Shown here in pieces: positions 38,301 through 50,100 of a DNA stretch of 64,000 nucleotides (positions are counted from its first letter, which is position 1; each line of letters starts with the position of its first letter). The notes beneath the pieces are model-generated. The model searched no databases, was not told where the DNA came from, and saw nothing but the letters and a program-made list of their open reading frames with translations. The position numbers and the translations under genes were made by a program. This DNA is from Raillietiella orientalis (taxonomy: Eukaryota): positions 4,216,001 to 4,280,000 of the forward strand of contig JAYWIR010000003.1 in the NCBI GenBank assembly GCA_036172245.1, in the 5' to 3' direction.

Positions 38301-39699
38301 GTCGTCTCCTGGCGCTCCGCCTCGGGGGGCGGGAAGCGAAGGGTCGGAGCAGATGGCTGCCTCCAGCTTCCCCTTCTGCCTGTGAGGGATGCTCCCAGTG
38401 AAGCTCAGAGACGACCGGGATCTCCGGGAAAGGAGGCGGCGGGGTGAGCGTCCCCCGGATAGGGTGACGGGAGAGTCCTTTTGCCCCAGAGGGAGCCTCT
38501 GGCCAGCACTGAGGTTAGCACCACTCCCTTCCGCCTCCCTCCATGCCCGGCTCTTACGAGTCCGGCGAGCGAACGGGTGCCGGACTCGTGAGAGAGACGG
38601 TCTGAGGGCTTCCCCGTTCCTACGGGGGGCGGAATCGGAGTGAATGACACCCTCGTGCAAGGGTCCCTCGACCGTCGCGGTCCGCTTCGCCGCCGTGGAT
38701 TTCCCTGGTCCACAGGTGCCACCGCGCAGGGAATCCACGGGGTTTCCTGTGACGCGGGGAAGGAATGGAGGGGAGGGAACGCACTCCCTTCCGTTGAGGA
38801 GCGCTCCCGTTTCTTCTGCTGCCTCTCGCAACTCCAACCCTCCCCAGCCGATCTGAAGAAATTTCCCATCCCTCTTCCTCTGGAAGGGAACTCCCCCCTC
38901 GGATCCACTGAGGTGCTCTCGGGCATTCTCCTGTTCCTGAGTCCACCCTTCGGGGTTTCTCCGGAGGGATCCCAGAAGGAGGGGGTTCAAAAGTGGGCCT
39001 AAGAGACGCTGTCTATTTGCGTGTCGAGCATCTTCTGGATGCCGCGCTCCCCTGTCCCTCGTTCCCAAGGTAGACGGGAGACCCCGTTGTTTCCTTCAGC
39101 CCTTCCCACCTGACGCTCCTCCGACAACGCAGGACCGTAGAGGGTTTTTTGGAAAATGGCAACCTCTCCAGGGACTCCTCTCCTCGGGTTATGCCTCTCC
39201 TGGTTCAGTCGGACAGAGCGGTTTACCGGCTGGGAAGTGGATCGGGAGCGGAAAGATTCCTCCCTTCCTCCCTCCTCTCCCGAACGGGCTTCTCACTTCC
39301 TGCCCTGTGGCTCGACCGCCTCCGACGGCCCTCCTTCGCACGCGAGGAACCCGGTATCTTACCAGAGTCCGCAGGTACATCCAAACTCGTCCCCGGGGTC
39401 TCGGTGAGTCTCCAGGAAGAGTCGCCTTCCGCCTCCGTGGGGTCGCGCCCTCTTTTTCCAGGCTGCCTCTCCCCGCGCACCACAAGAAGGAAATAGGTTC
39501 CGGGATGCGTTTTCTCGTCTCGATACCCGCCAGGCCGACGGTAACCCCGGAGGAGCGAGGTTACCGTACCAGGCATTCCTCACCTCGCTGCGGTCCTTCG
39601 CCCAGGTCACTTTCCGCCTGGAGGCTGCGCGTGCCCCTGAAAGACGCCATCCGCAAAGGCAGCTCCCTCCCGCCCTGCCGGGAGCACAAGTCGTTCAGC

Positions 39700-41900
39700 C
39701 CCAGAACCGCACCCCGGCCATTCGTCCCGCCGCTAGCGCGCCCCTTCCGTGTCTATTGACACACCGTGGCGTACGCAAAGGAGCGTAAGTTCCTCTCACT
39801 CCCCGGGGACTCTCCTATGCGCCTGCTCACAGCTCTGACCTCCCAGAGCGCAGTGCCACGGTTAGGGCACTTCTTGTGCGCGGAAAAGTAGGTCTTCTGA
39901 AGGGCAGTGGACCCCGCCAGAGTGGGCGAAAGGGTCAGGAGTTCAGGGAGACTCCTTGAAGGTTGGTCCGATAAGCAGCACCGGCGTCCTCGGCCCGCAA
40001 GGGGAACGGTTGGCGCACTCCTGTTGGCGGGGGTAGGCGCACATTCTTGAAACTGCTGCTCGGAGCATATTCCTCGCGACGTCGCGTTTCTCGAGTGACC
40101 TGGAAGAGTCCTCAGGGTCTCTCCCGGCAACGCCCAAACTGCTATTCACTTGGCTCTCCTCGGCATCTCCTAATCCGACCTTTGCTCTCTTCCCTCTCTG
40201 AGTCTCCTGGAGATGCCCTTTGCTCCACGAGTTTCCCTTTGGAAGGAAATCAGGAGTTCGGTAGATACGGCATCACCAGCGGTCGAGGAGGAGGGAGAAA
40301 GGGGAGGGGGGCACGAGTATCCCTGCGTCGAATCAGAGCCAGAAACTCTTCTTGCCACGGAGCATTCTGGAACGTTCCGCAGGTCTTCTGCTGCCCGAGG
40401 GGAAAGGAGAAAGCAAGGAATAAGTCGCCTCGGGAAGAGGGATGCACGCATCTCTTCTGCCTGAGGGCCTGCTCCGAGCTCCCTTTCCGGTTTTCTCCCC
40501 TCCGTGGGAATCTGCGTCCACTCTGCCACGTATAGGGGCACCTCTTGCGCTACGGAAGGAGGTGCAAGGTCCATCGGCGTTGACCTCCCTACCCTCTTCC
40601 ATCCATGAGAGACGAACAGATCAAGAGGGACGGGATCTCTCGCCCAGGCTCCTCGGCCTGCCTTCCTCCCCACAGAAAGTCGTTGATCCCCTGGACACGT
40701 CCAGGGGAGAGAAACGAGGAGGTCCTTCCGGGAACTTTGAAGCTGCACGGATGCCCGCCGCCACACTCGCCTCTCCCCGTTGAGCAGAAGTTCCCCTCCT
40801 TCCCTTTCCTCACTTCCTCTCTTCTCCCTCCCTCCTTCCTGACATCCTCTGAGATGCCTCCCGGTCCCTCTCAGAGAAGAAGAAGCCCAGTCTTCCTTCC
40901 TTTACGTTCCGGATTATCTCCAGAACATGAAAACTTTCGAGTTTCTCTCCTGGAGAAAGAGGAATGAGGAAGAGGAGGAGTAAGAAGAGGAGGAGGAAAA
41001 AAGAAGGAGAATTCTTGACTCTTTTCGTCTGAAACGAGGCAGCAGCTGTTGCAGATGGAGTCTCCTCGACCCCAGGGAAGACCCTGCCGGAGGGAACAGT
41101 GAACGCGAAAGTACGGACAGTGGCAAAGACGCCCTTGAACAGCTACGCTGCCATAACCAAGGCAACAACAATGAAACTGCCGCTGGCAGTGGCGGTGATT
41201 GTAATGAAGAGTCAATGGGCCAGTAAGCAGAACAGCAGCCGATATGAAGGCCGCGGCCGAGGAGTTCCGGACTTCGCTCCTGGGTGCCATCCGTCCTATG
41301 GACGGATGTGCCTTCGCGGCGAGAGGTCAGGCTCCTGACCAGGCACTTCGTCGAGGGGCACCTCCGACCCGGAAGCAACATGCCGGCTCGGGAGAAGCTG
41401 TCGCGCCGCTCTTATACCTTTTTTTTCCAGGCGCGCTCGAAGGCCACCTAGCCACGGCCACCCCCTCCACCAGCTGCCCTGCAGCCTCCGGTCAGGAGTA
41501 GCGTCCTCGCCACGTCTCCCGCCACCCCAGGTCAAAAGGATGCTAAAAGGCAGAAAGGCCTTCCGACTGCCGCCTGTCGCGCGCGAGCTTGGAAGGACCT
41601 GGCAGTCGGAGGTCCTCGGAGTGGCTTCCAAGCACGGTAGAGGCCCTTGGCCACCTGTGTGCCCCCGGAGGAGGTCCCGACCCTTGAAAATGATGTGCAT
41701 ACCCGCAGCATCCCTCAGAAGATCGGCCTGGTGTCGAAGTCTTGGGTCTGCGGGGAAGATCGCCAGCTAGCTTTCGGGATCGGAACCAGCAGCCTCTGAT
41801 TCCAGTTCCAGTCCCCTCGCACCGCTGGCTTGCGCCGACTCCCGGACGCATCTTCCTTCGAGGGGGAGACCCATTCTCCTCCGATCCTTCTGCGTCATCT
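39700..41900 (-). mobile_element. Decayed non-LTR retrotransposon RT fragment; boundaries approximate
   Basis: GSVAVQGRLCHCPYFRVHCSLRQGLPW resembles VxVNGxxSxxFxVxxGVRQGxPL. Confidence 0.4.
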
Positions 41901-42799
41901 CTGAGTGGCTCAGACGTCTGAGTGTGCATGGCCTGCCCCTGCGGGGGGGCCCTTCTTGCCCTGCTGGCCCGGGAAGAGCGAGCGAGGGAGCTGCTTCCCC
42001 ATGAGGAAGGAGGCACTCGCGGATGAGGAGGCCCAAGCGGCTCCGCCGGGAGGGGCGAACGGGGAGGTTCCCCGGGATCGCCAAAGTCCGCACAGGAGTG
42101 GGGCGGTGTTGCGAAACCGTTCCCAAGGGAACCTGAAGCGCGCGGGGATTATTTGGAGCGAACCGAACAGTCTACGAGAGCGCAGACCTTCTCCTCCCCC
42201 GCCTCAACTCCACCCTTCTTCTAGTGGCGTCTTCTACGCTGCTCGCTCCTCCTTCTCGCCCTGCTTTTTCCGCGTCCGCCTGCTCGATCTTTCGCCTCTC
42301 GCGGCGGAACGGGAGGCCGAGAGGGCGGGGGCGGGAGAGAGGGAGGCGGAGGGAGGGATGCCCCGGCCCGCCGGAAGGCAGGTTTCCTGTTTCCAGGTCC
42401 CAAGCCCCCGCCGTCAGCAGCCGGGCGGCGAGCGGTCGCTACCGTTTCAGCGAGGCGGGTGTTTTCCCCACATCCCGCCCAATCCGTTCAGAGAAAGATT
42501 CCGCAGACGCCGGACCCGATGGGAAAACACTTCTCAGATGCGGAGTCTGCGGGTTGAGATACGCCCCCGGACTCCCTCCTCGGCATTCGTGCCTGTCAGC
42601 GGAGCAGGAAGAGCGTTCGCAGATCCCGAACAGCGCGGACGCTCCTGGCAGCGCCGCCGAACTGGAGGCGGAGGCGGCGGACGACTCTCGGAGGCCGCTC
42701 TCCGAGCGATGGACCGTTCGCTCCCTAGGGACTGTGAGTGGTAGTGCCGGATCGTCCGCTCCGATAGAGAGAGGGGGGGAAGAGAAGAAGAGAGGGAAA

Positions 42800-43930
42800 G
42801 GAGGAGCAGGACGCTCTCCCTATGACGCAGCTCCGCCGACACAGGAGATGCACTGCGGTTCCTCTCCCGTCTCCGGAAGAGTCCACCTTGCCGAGAGGAG
42901 TTCCACCCTTGGATCCTCTACACGTACCTCTCCATCTCCCCCTTTTCTGTCCTCGCAGTTCCTTTGCGCTCTGGGAGGCATGATCCTCGCCTGCTCCTTC
43001 GAGTGTCTCTTGGTGCTCCTCCTAGGGAGAGATGCGCATCCTGCGGGAATAAGAGTAGACAGCGAAGGGGACGTAGCACTTTTCTGGGCGGAACACTAGC
43101 ACACGTTTGAAAGGGAAGAGGGAGGGGGGTTGGAGACGCGAGAGGCCACGGAAGTGGGAAGATCGGCTCTGAAGAGATGTAGAGAGCTCGCGCTGGCCGA
43201 TCCTCGGGCCTGGAGTCCCCTCACCGGCTACTCGCTCATGAGCAGGCAGCAAGGGCTGCTGCTGAACGAGTCATTCCGGTTTCGCTACGGATTGCTGTCA
43301 ATGCTACTCGGTTGCTCTGGACTACCGGAAGCGCGAAGTGCGGAGCGTTCTGAAGCAGCCGTCTCAAAGTCTAGCGCTGAAAGGCGGTTCCTTTGTGACG
43401 AAATCCCGGGTGATGAGTTGCTGGAGAACGCTGACCATCTGCGAGAGACTACGACGAGCTCCATGTCTAGGGACCGCTCTCTGCAAGCCGGCTGCAGGAA
43501 GAGACGCTCTCGAACAAGCCGGCCTCCTCCACGTTTGGCACGTCTTTGCTTTGCGAGCCGCAGTCTTGGGAGAGAGGGAAGAAAAAATCTCCAGGTTCAC
43601 TCTGGGACGCTGCGAGCTTTTCCTCAAATGGAGCATCCTTGCTGATGGACTTTCAGATGGATTGCTCTCTGATGAACTCTGTTGAGCAGCCATTGAGCTG
43701 CTGGGACTCGACTCCCCTATGCTATCGAGGAAACCTGTGTCTCGGTGTCACTCGTGGGATTGGGTCGATCGGGAGAGTGCTCGAAGCAGAGGGGATCCTG
43801 TCTCGTCGGGTCCGCTCTTCGTTTCCGAATTCGGAGACAGGCATTAAGCTCAGCCGCTCCTCGTTATTAAACGACATCGCCTGTTTCGAGGGAAAAAAAG
43901 AACCCTCTCATAAATCCACGATTTCTTGTT
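42800..43930 (+). mobile_element. Decayed L1/Tx1-like post-RT fragment
   Basis: TPLCYRGNL...GIGSIGRVLEAEGILS resembles the PLWxN...GIxxIxDL...GxxLS post-RT segment. Confidence 0.35.
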
Positions 43931-43969
43931 CTCTGTCCTGGTAAGGCTTGTAGAGCTCTCCTTGCTTCG

Positions 43970-44200
43970 GGGTTTTCATCCATGTAAGATTTTCATTGCT
44001 TTCTATTTTCATCGTTGTCAGATTTTCACTATTGTTCTATTTTCATTGTTGCCGGATTTCCATTGTTGCTTCATTTTCATTGTTGCCGAATTTCCATCGT
44101 TGTTCAAGTTTCATCGCCTTCGGATTTTTTAACTTCTGCAGTTCTCATTGTTGCGAGGATTGCTTATTACTGATATCTCTACGAAATTTCATTGTTGCAA
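43970..44200. repeat. Degenerate 17-18 bp minisatellite (ATTTTCATTGTTGCCGG-like)
   Basis: Recurring TTT(T/C)CAT(T/C)GTTG core at 17-18 nt spacing. Confidence 0.75.
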
Positions 44201-44219
44201 AGGTTTATTTGACCCTTCG

Positions 44220-45500
44220 TTAGACCCAATCTTCAGCACATTTCTCTCTCGTTCTCATCGGAAGAGATTGGTGGGAGATGGGCGGATCTGGACTTGCCTC
44301 CCTGCTTCCTCCACGTAGTGCGCGCGCCTTGAAATCTGGAATTCCGGGGACGTACCAAGCCAGCGTCAGAGATCCGAGGCCAGCGGTCGTAGGGTGAGGA
44401 CTCTCACTAGCATTCCCGCCTCCGAGGGAAGAGGATGCGAGCCCCAGCGTTGTTGTTTTCATGTCCATCGTGACCTGCTGACCTTAACCAGCCCGAAATA
44501 CAGGGTGGAAGGCAAAACTTCACCCACAGCGTTCATTCTTGCATCCTGCGAAAACGGAGGTGGGAAGTGGAGATCCTGGTGATCAGTGGGGAGGTGTGCT
44601 CGGAGTGTTCTCGCCTTCAAGGATGGCTGTCTATCTTTTCACCAAGTTCGCACACAAGACCTCTCTCTGCTCGTGATGGGGGGCTCCCAGACTCTTTTCC
44701 CCTATGCAAGATGCAGAACTCATTGCTTTCCACGGTCCTATCTCTTCTTCCTTCCATCTCTACTCAGAACAAATCTCCCCTCCCCGCCTGCTGCCTACAC
44801 GACTCGGTTTCCTCGGAAAACAGTCTGTAGACCCATCTTCCCTTCCTCATCCTTCCCATTTCAGAAAGTACCACGTGCCCTTCAGCAGTCAGCCTCCGAC
44901 AGAAATGCGTGGGTCCGCGACCCTTTCTCCAGATCACATTTCTCCCATCCCTCCCAGCTACTTCCTCCCTTAAAAAGTTGGACGCAGAGAGAGGCAGGTG
45001 GGATGAAGGCGAACGAGGTGACCACTACCTTGCGCTGAACTCCGGAGAAACCACTGAGAGGCACCTCTGTCACCCCCCCGTCTCATCGTCTTCCCAGATG
45101 CCAAGGAAAAGTGGAAAGGTGGAGTCCATGAAGTATTTAAGGAGCCCATTGGAGGAGAGGGGACTGAAGGTTCTCCAAGGCAAACGGGATGAACCGAGGA
45201 GGTGAAGGCGAAAGAAAGAACGGTGCCATGACAACATGCCCAGCCGAACCCACGCTTCTAGCAGTATGGACCCACAAGGAAGTTACCCTCCACGGGCAAA
45301 AATTGGGTTCATTCTTAAACACATACGGAAAATTCTTCCAGATGACACGAAACTACAGTCGGCAGACGGAGAGTCCGACGTCCCGTAAGAATTCTGGGAG
45401 AGAGTGGCAGAAACGATTCTCTGCTGCCTGACTGGGTTGCCGGAGGGACTTCCCGAGGATGCCAAGAGGAGAGGGGACTCTGTCCGGGTGCGCAAAAAGG
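44220..45500 (-). mobile_element. Decayed L1/Tx1-like RT fragment just downstream of paralog B
   Basis: LSPSPPRFIPFALENL (LSPxLFxLALEPL-like) followed by GIPDFK (GLGxPD-like). Confidence 0.45.
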
Positions 45501-45594
45501 CTTCAGAGGTCCTCGACCCGTTAGAATAGGTGAGGGTTGCGGAAGGAACAGGGATGAAGGTTTCTAAGGAACGACTGTCGCGGCGTAATCGAAT

Positions 45595-45600
45595 TTTATT
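45595..45600 (-). terminator. Polyadenylation signal AATAAA of paralog B
   Basis: AATAAA on the minus strand about 105 nt downstream of the stop codon, in an AT-rich patch. Confidence 0.6.
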
Positions 45601-45705
45601 GATTTTTTTTTTCCCTTATCACAGATGGGGCGTCTTCCTGTTCGCTCCGTCTCCCGAAACAAGGCAGAGGGGGTGAGAAGTGGGGTGAGACTCCCTTGTG
45701 TATTG

Positions 45706-47152
45706 TCAGGGCTTTGTCTCCGAAACCTCTTCCTTCATGTTCTGGCCCTCCTGGGAAGACGGATCCTTCGTGACTGGTGGTGGTTCGGCGGAGTCCACCT
45801 CATGCTTGCGCAGGTGACGATCCAGATTGGTCTGCTGCCCGAAGCAGCGGGCGCAGCGCGAGCATTGGAAGGGGCGCTCCTTGCGGTGGATGTTGCGCAC
45901 GTGGCGCTGCAGGTTGGAAGAGATGCTGAAGCAGCGGTCACAGTACTTGCAGCTGTACGGCTGCTCCCCCGTGTGGGTGCGCAGGTGGCGCGTGAGGTTA
46001 GCGGAGCGCGGGAACGCCTTCCCGCAGTACCGGCAGGCGTAGCGGTCTTTGCTCCTGGTGGGCAGGGGTTGCGAGGGCGGCGCTCCAGAGACCGTGCGGA
46101 TGCTGCCGCTGCCGCCCACCATCAGCGCACTCATCCTTCTTCCTCCTGGCACCAGCAGATCGGTCGGCAGACCGACGAGCCCGTAAGGGAAACCTGCAGC
46201 CGCGGCTAGCAAGGCCTCGGCCGGCGCTGCCGATGAGGGCGCGTGGGTGAGACCGACTCTGTCCTCCTCTTCTTCCTCCTCTTCTTCCTCCTCGTCCTCT
46301 TCTTCGTCCTCTTCCTCGTCTCCTTCTTCCTCCTCTTCGAGGCGATGCCTCCCTTCGCTGCTGAAGTTCTTGCTCAGATCCAGTGGTTGCAGCTCCCCGC
46401 CTGCTTCCCTCGGCCCCTCTTCGCAGTCCGAGGTTCCCTCCCGGTCGTAGGGGCACCAAATGCCTCCCTTCCTGCGGTTGGGCGGCTGGGAATGGACGGG
46501 ACGTTGCACCCCGGCGCGGTTATCCCGAGGCGTGCCCACTCCTGCGGCCGCAAGGGAGAATGCAGCGGCTGCGGCTGCGGCTGCCGGGACGGAGGAGGCA
46601 TCGCAGAAGCGGCGGTGCTTGGCGAGGGAGGTGGTCGTGCTGAAGACGTGGCCGCAGCGGCGGCACGCCACCTGCACGCGACAGTCGGCGTGCATCCGCT
46701 TGTGGCGGCACAGGTTGGAGAACTGCGTGTAGGCCTTGCGGCACACGTCGCAGCGGAACGGCTTGACGCTGGAGTGGATGTGCGCGTGCTGCTTGAGGCC
46801 GCTGGACGTGGCGAACGTCTTGCCGCACCGGTCGCACGCGTGCGACCTCATGCCAGCGCCTCCTGCTGACGGTGGTGCTGCGCGGACGGGATGCTGAGAA
46901 CGCACGTGTCTCTGTAGACTGCCTGGGTCGCCAAACGTCCTTCCGCAGCTCTCGCAGAGGTGCTGCGGCTGCTGCTGCTGCTGCTGCTGCTCGAGGTCGC
47001 TCTGGTGGCGGTGGCGGCTCCTCGAGTAGTGGTGCCGATGGGATACAGGGCGTAGTAGCAGTTGTGGCTGCCACGAGAAGGCTTGCGTGTACATCCCGCA
47101 GGGGTGCCAGTCGCGCGCAAATCCGTGACCCTTCCTCAAGTGGACGTCCATA
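45706..47152 (-). CDS. ham: Paralog B terminal coding exon
   Basis: ORF 45706..47151 (481 aa) with seven intact fingers, poly-Q, acidic tract and PLDLS. Acceptor ccactcctcag|t. Confidence 0.93.
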
Positions 47153-50100
47153 CTGAGGAGTGGTGGTGGTGATTGAAGGAGTAAGAGGAGCGGGAGGGGA
47201 GGTGTGGATTGGGGAGAGGAAGAGGGGGAGGAGGGGGGGAAGAAATGCCCTAGTGAGCTGCCCCCCCGTTTCGCTGCGTCCTGGTTCTCTCACCTTCTTC
47301 GTTCTTGCTGCAGCTTCCGGCAGACGAGGCACTTGGCGTCGGCGGCATCGCTGGCAGCTTCTGGGAAACATGCCGTCAGGGAATGCGTGCGGGAAGGGGC
47401 GGACTCCAAGAAGCGCAGGGTTCTCGATTCTACGTTACCTCCTTCTTTCACGCCCAGCGTCAACTCCTGGCGCTTCTCGAAGAATCCTGGTGAAACGTTC
47501 ATCCCATTGTGCTGCTGCCCAGCCCAGGATTCGAAGGGCTCCTTGCAGGGGAGGAGCAAGTTCTTCCTCTGGCAGATGCTTCGGATAACCTCGCAGTAGA
47601 TCTGCAGCGCCCGACGGTGAAGGAAGAGCAACGGCATCATCAAAATCCGTGTTCATCTGGAGACAACGGCTTTACCTTGAGGTTCTCTAGGTGGTCAGCT
47701 GGGTGTTTTGCGCCTGTCATCCATTCTGCCGAGCCCTTAGCGCCAGTGATGCTTCTGCGCTCAACTGGAGCCTCATTCATCTGCAAGGGGAACACGGGAG
47801 GTAGGCAGCCTTCTTTCCACGTTCATCCTCTTAGCACCCATTCATTCGCTTTACTTGCAGCCAGCCTCACTGCTCCAAAGTATTGAAACAGAGCACCGCG
47901 CTCTCCAAGAAGATACGTTAGCTCTTTGGAGCACTCTTGAGATCTGAGAGGTGTTGCACGTTTTCTCGCAAGGAAACTCGTGAAACGCTCACAGCAGATG
48001 CAACGCAGCAAGTAGCTAATGGTTTTTTCTTTCTGGTAGATGCACAGCAGGAATCAGGAATGCACCTTGATTCCAGTTCGCGTATCTTCGCAGAATCCCG
48101 AGAGGATCGGCGGAGCGTTTCTGATGATCCGGCATGTTTGAATGCTCGAGAGAACATGATTTGTCGAGAGCGGCGCGGACGCAGATGCAGAGTGTGGAGC
48201 TCGTGAAAGAGAGGGGAAGGAGGAGAAAGAGAGGAGGGGCATCTGAAAGAAAAGTCTGGAAGTGCAACAACTTGCTTAACGAGAAAACTCGGGAATGCAA
48301 GGCTCCCGGATCGACGAGCCGTGGCGGATTTTTTCCCTCCCTCCTGTATCCATTTTTTCCCCTCGCTTCCCTCCTCATTGTTCTTTCAGATTGCAGTGGC
48401 AATCTGGTTTGTGAGCTCCTCAGCTTTCCAACATGGAATCAGGACGATAGATGCAAGGCGGGACGGGCTATCCACAATAATTTCCCGGAACTGAATGGAT
48501 ACCTATTCCCATGCTCTTTGATAACCGAGTTCAAAACATGCCACAAGAAATTATGAACTGTCCGAGCACATCTTGAGGCTTACAGGATCATTGTTGGGAT
48601 ACTTGCAAGGAATTGTTGGAATATTTGCGAGGAATTGTTGCGATATTCACGGGGCATTGTTGGGATATGCGCGGAGCATTGTTGGGATACTCGCGAGGCA
48701 TTGTTGGGATATTTGCGAAGGATTGTTGGGATACTCGCGAACCGTTGCTGGGTGTTCGCAAAGCATTATCAGATCATCAACGATTGATCAAGAAATCGCT
48801 TGTAGTAAATCGAAATAAAAAGCCACTGAAGCCTTGTAGCTGCATGCGACAAAAATTTCCACAGAGTGCAAACAGGGAGGAAAGAAACATGATTGCTTCG
48901 GCTTAGATCTGATAATGAGAGACCTTGACGTTGTTGCGTGAGTGGTAATACGGTACAAGAGTATCAGAGTTGCTACGAAAGCACAGTGCCCCCAGATGGC
49001 GACTTCCACACATCCGTGCATTGAACACGTCCACCGAAAAAATGAGAGAAGTGACTCGTACGCGCGGCGTGATCGCAAATCTCCAGTCTTTAAGGAACTC
49101 ACGCTTCTCGACAAAGAGTTCTTGAACCTTCTCAGGAGCTCTCTCATTGCTCGTGTTCTCATCGGGGCCTGGTCTGGAGAATCCCTTCTAGAAATAAAGA
49201 AGCAAACAGCTTCTGCTGCCTTGTACGTGCGTGCGTCGAGCCTTTTCCGGACGGTTAGGTCGCGATTAGAAGATGTTGGAGAGAGGCTTTATTTTGCATG
49301 ATTACACGCTGTTCCTCCATTTTCGGTCCACAGGAAGATGAGAGATGAGACGAAGTCTATTCAACGAGAGTAGGAAACCCATAATGGGAAACATCACTAG
49401 CGAAGGATGGTCGCCAATGGCTGCTATTTGGATTCTAGTCCGAAATAGAAAGCGGGTTAAAGATTGACGGAAGGCTTAGCAATGCATCTCTGACCGATCA
49501 TGGACCCTCAGCCGCAAGGATTCGGCCTAGAAAGGCACCTCTGCCAGAAGATGCTGTAGAAAGAAAAAAAAGAAAAAGAAAATGGAGAGCCAGCAGATGA
49601 ATCTCCAGATTGTCGGGAGTCCCGAAAACGTCCGGACCGTACTTCGCTCTCTTGTCCACCACAGGGTGCCAGACAGTGCGAAAGAGGGACGAGGATCTCA
49701 CCGAAGATCCCGAATGCCGTAAGGGGCTGCAAGGTGACTTCTGAGAGCGGGCCGGCATAGCCATTCAGAAGCAGGGTTTCTACGCCTCGGAAGACGACCC
49801 CTGCAGTCCTCCTTTCAAGGGCACGATGTTCACAGCTAGGGGTGGAGTGTGAAGGAAGGAGCGAGGGCAGTAGGAGCGGCCGTCTCCCTTCCTCTCGAAG
49901 TTTCTTGGACGTCGGCCTGTGAGCCGAAGCGCCCGTGAATGTTGGAATCCGAAGCGTTACTTCGGCTGTGGGTCGGGGCGACTCGTCTGGCCCGGGAATT
50001 GCCAGAAGGCACGTCGGAGCCCGAGGTTCCTCCGCGACCCAGAGGTTCCGAAGAGGTCTCCCATGCTTGGCATCCCAGCATGGGGAAGGGCGAAAGGTCG

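Noticed and set aside
12400..43100. Many long overlapping ORFs (for example 16277..17584, 26619..28394, 27808..29058, 33570..34760)
   Set aside because: They are Arg/Gly/Pro/Ser-rich products of stop-poor GC-rich DNA or antisense shadows of the real exons, with no domain motifs.
45625..46869. Plus-strand ORFs repeated opposite both zinc-finger genes
   Set aside because: They are antisense open frames caused by GC3-biased codons, and are duplicated only because the finger blocks are duplicated.
48589..48770. Regular repeats that might suggest a CRISPR array (also 43970-44200 and 54880-55055)
   Set aside because: Units are head-to-tail with no unique spacers, the context is eukaryotic, and there are no cas genes.
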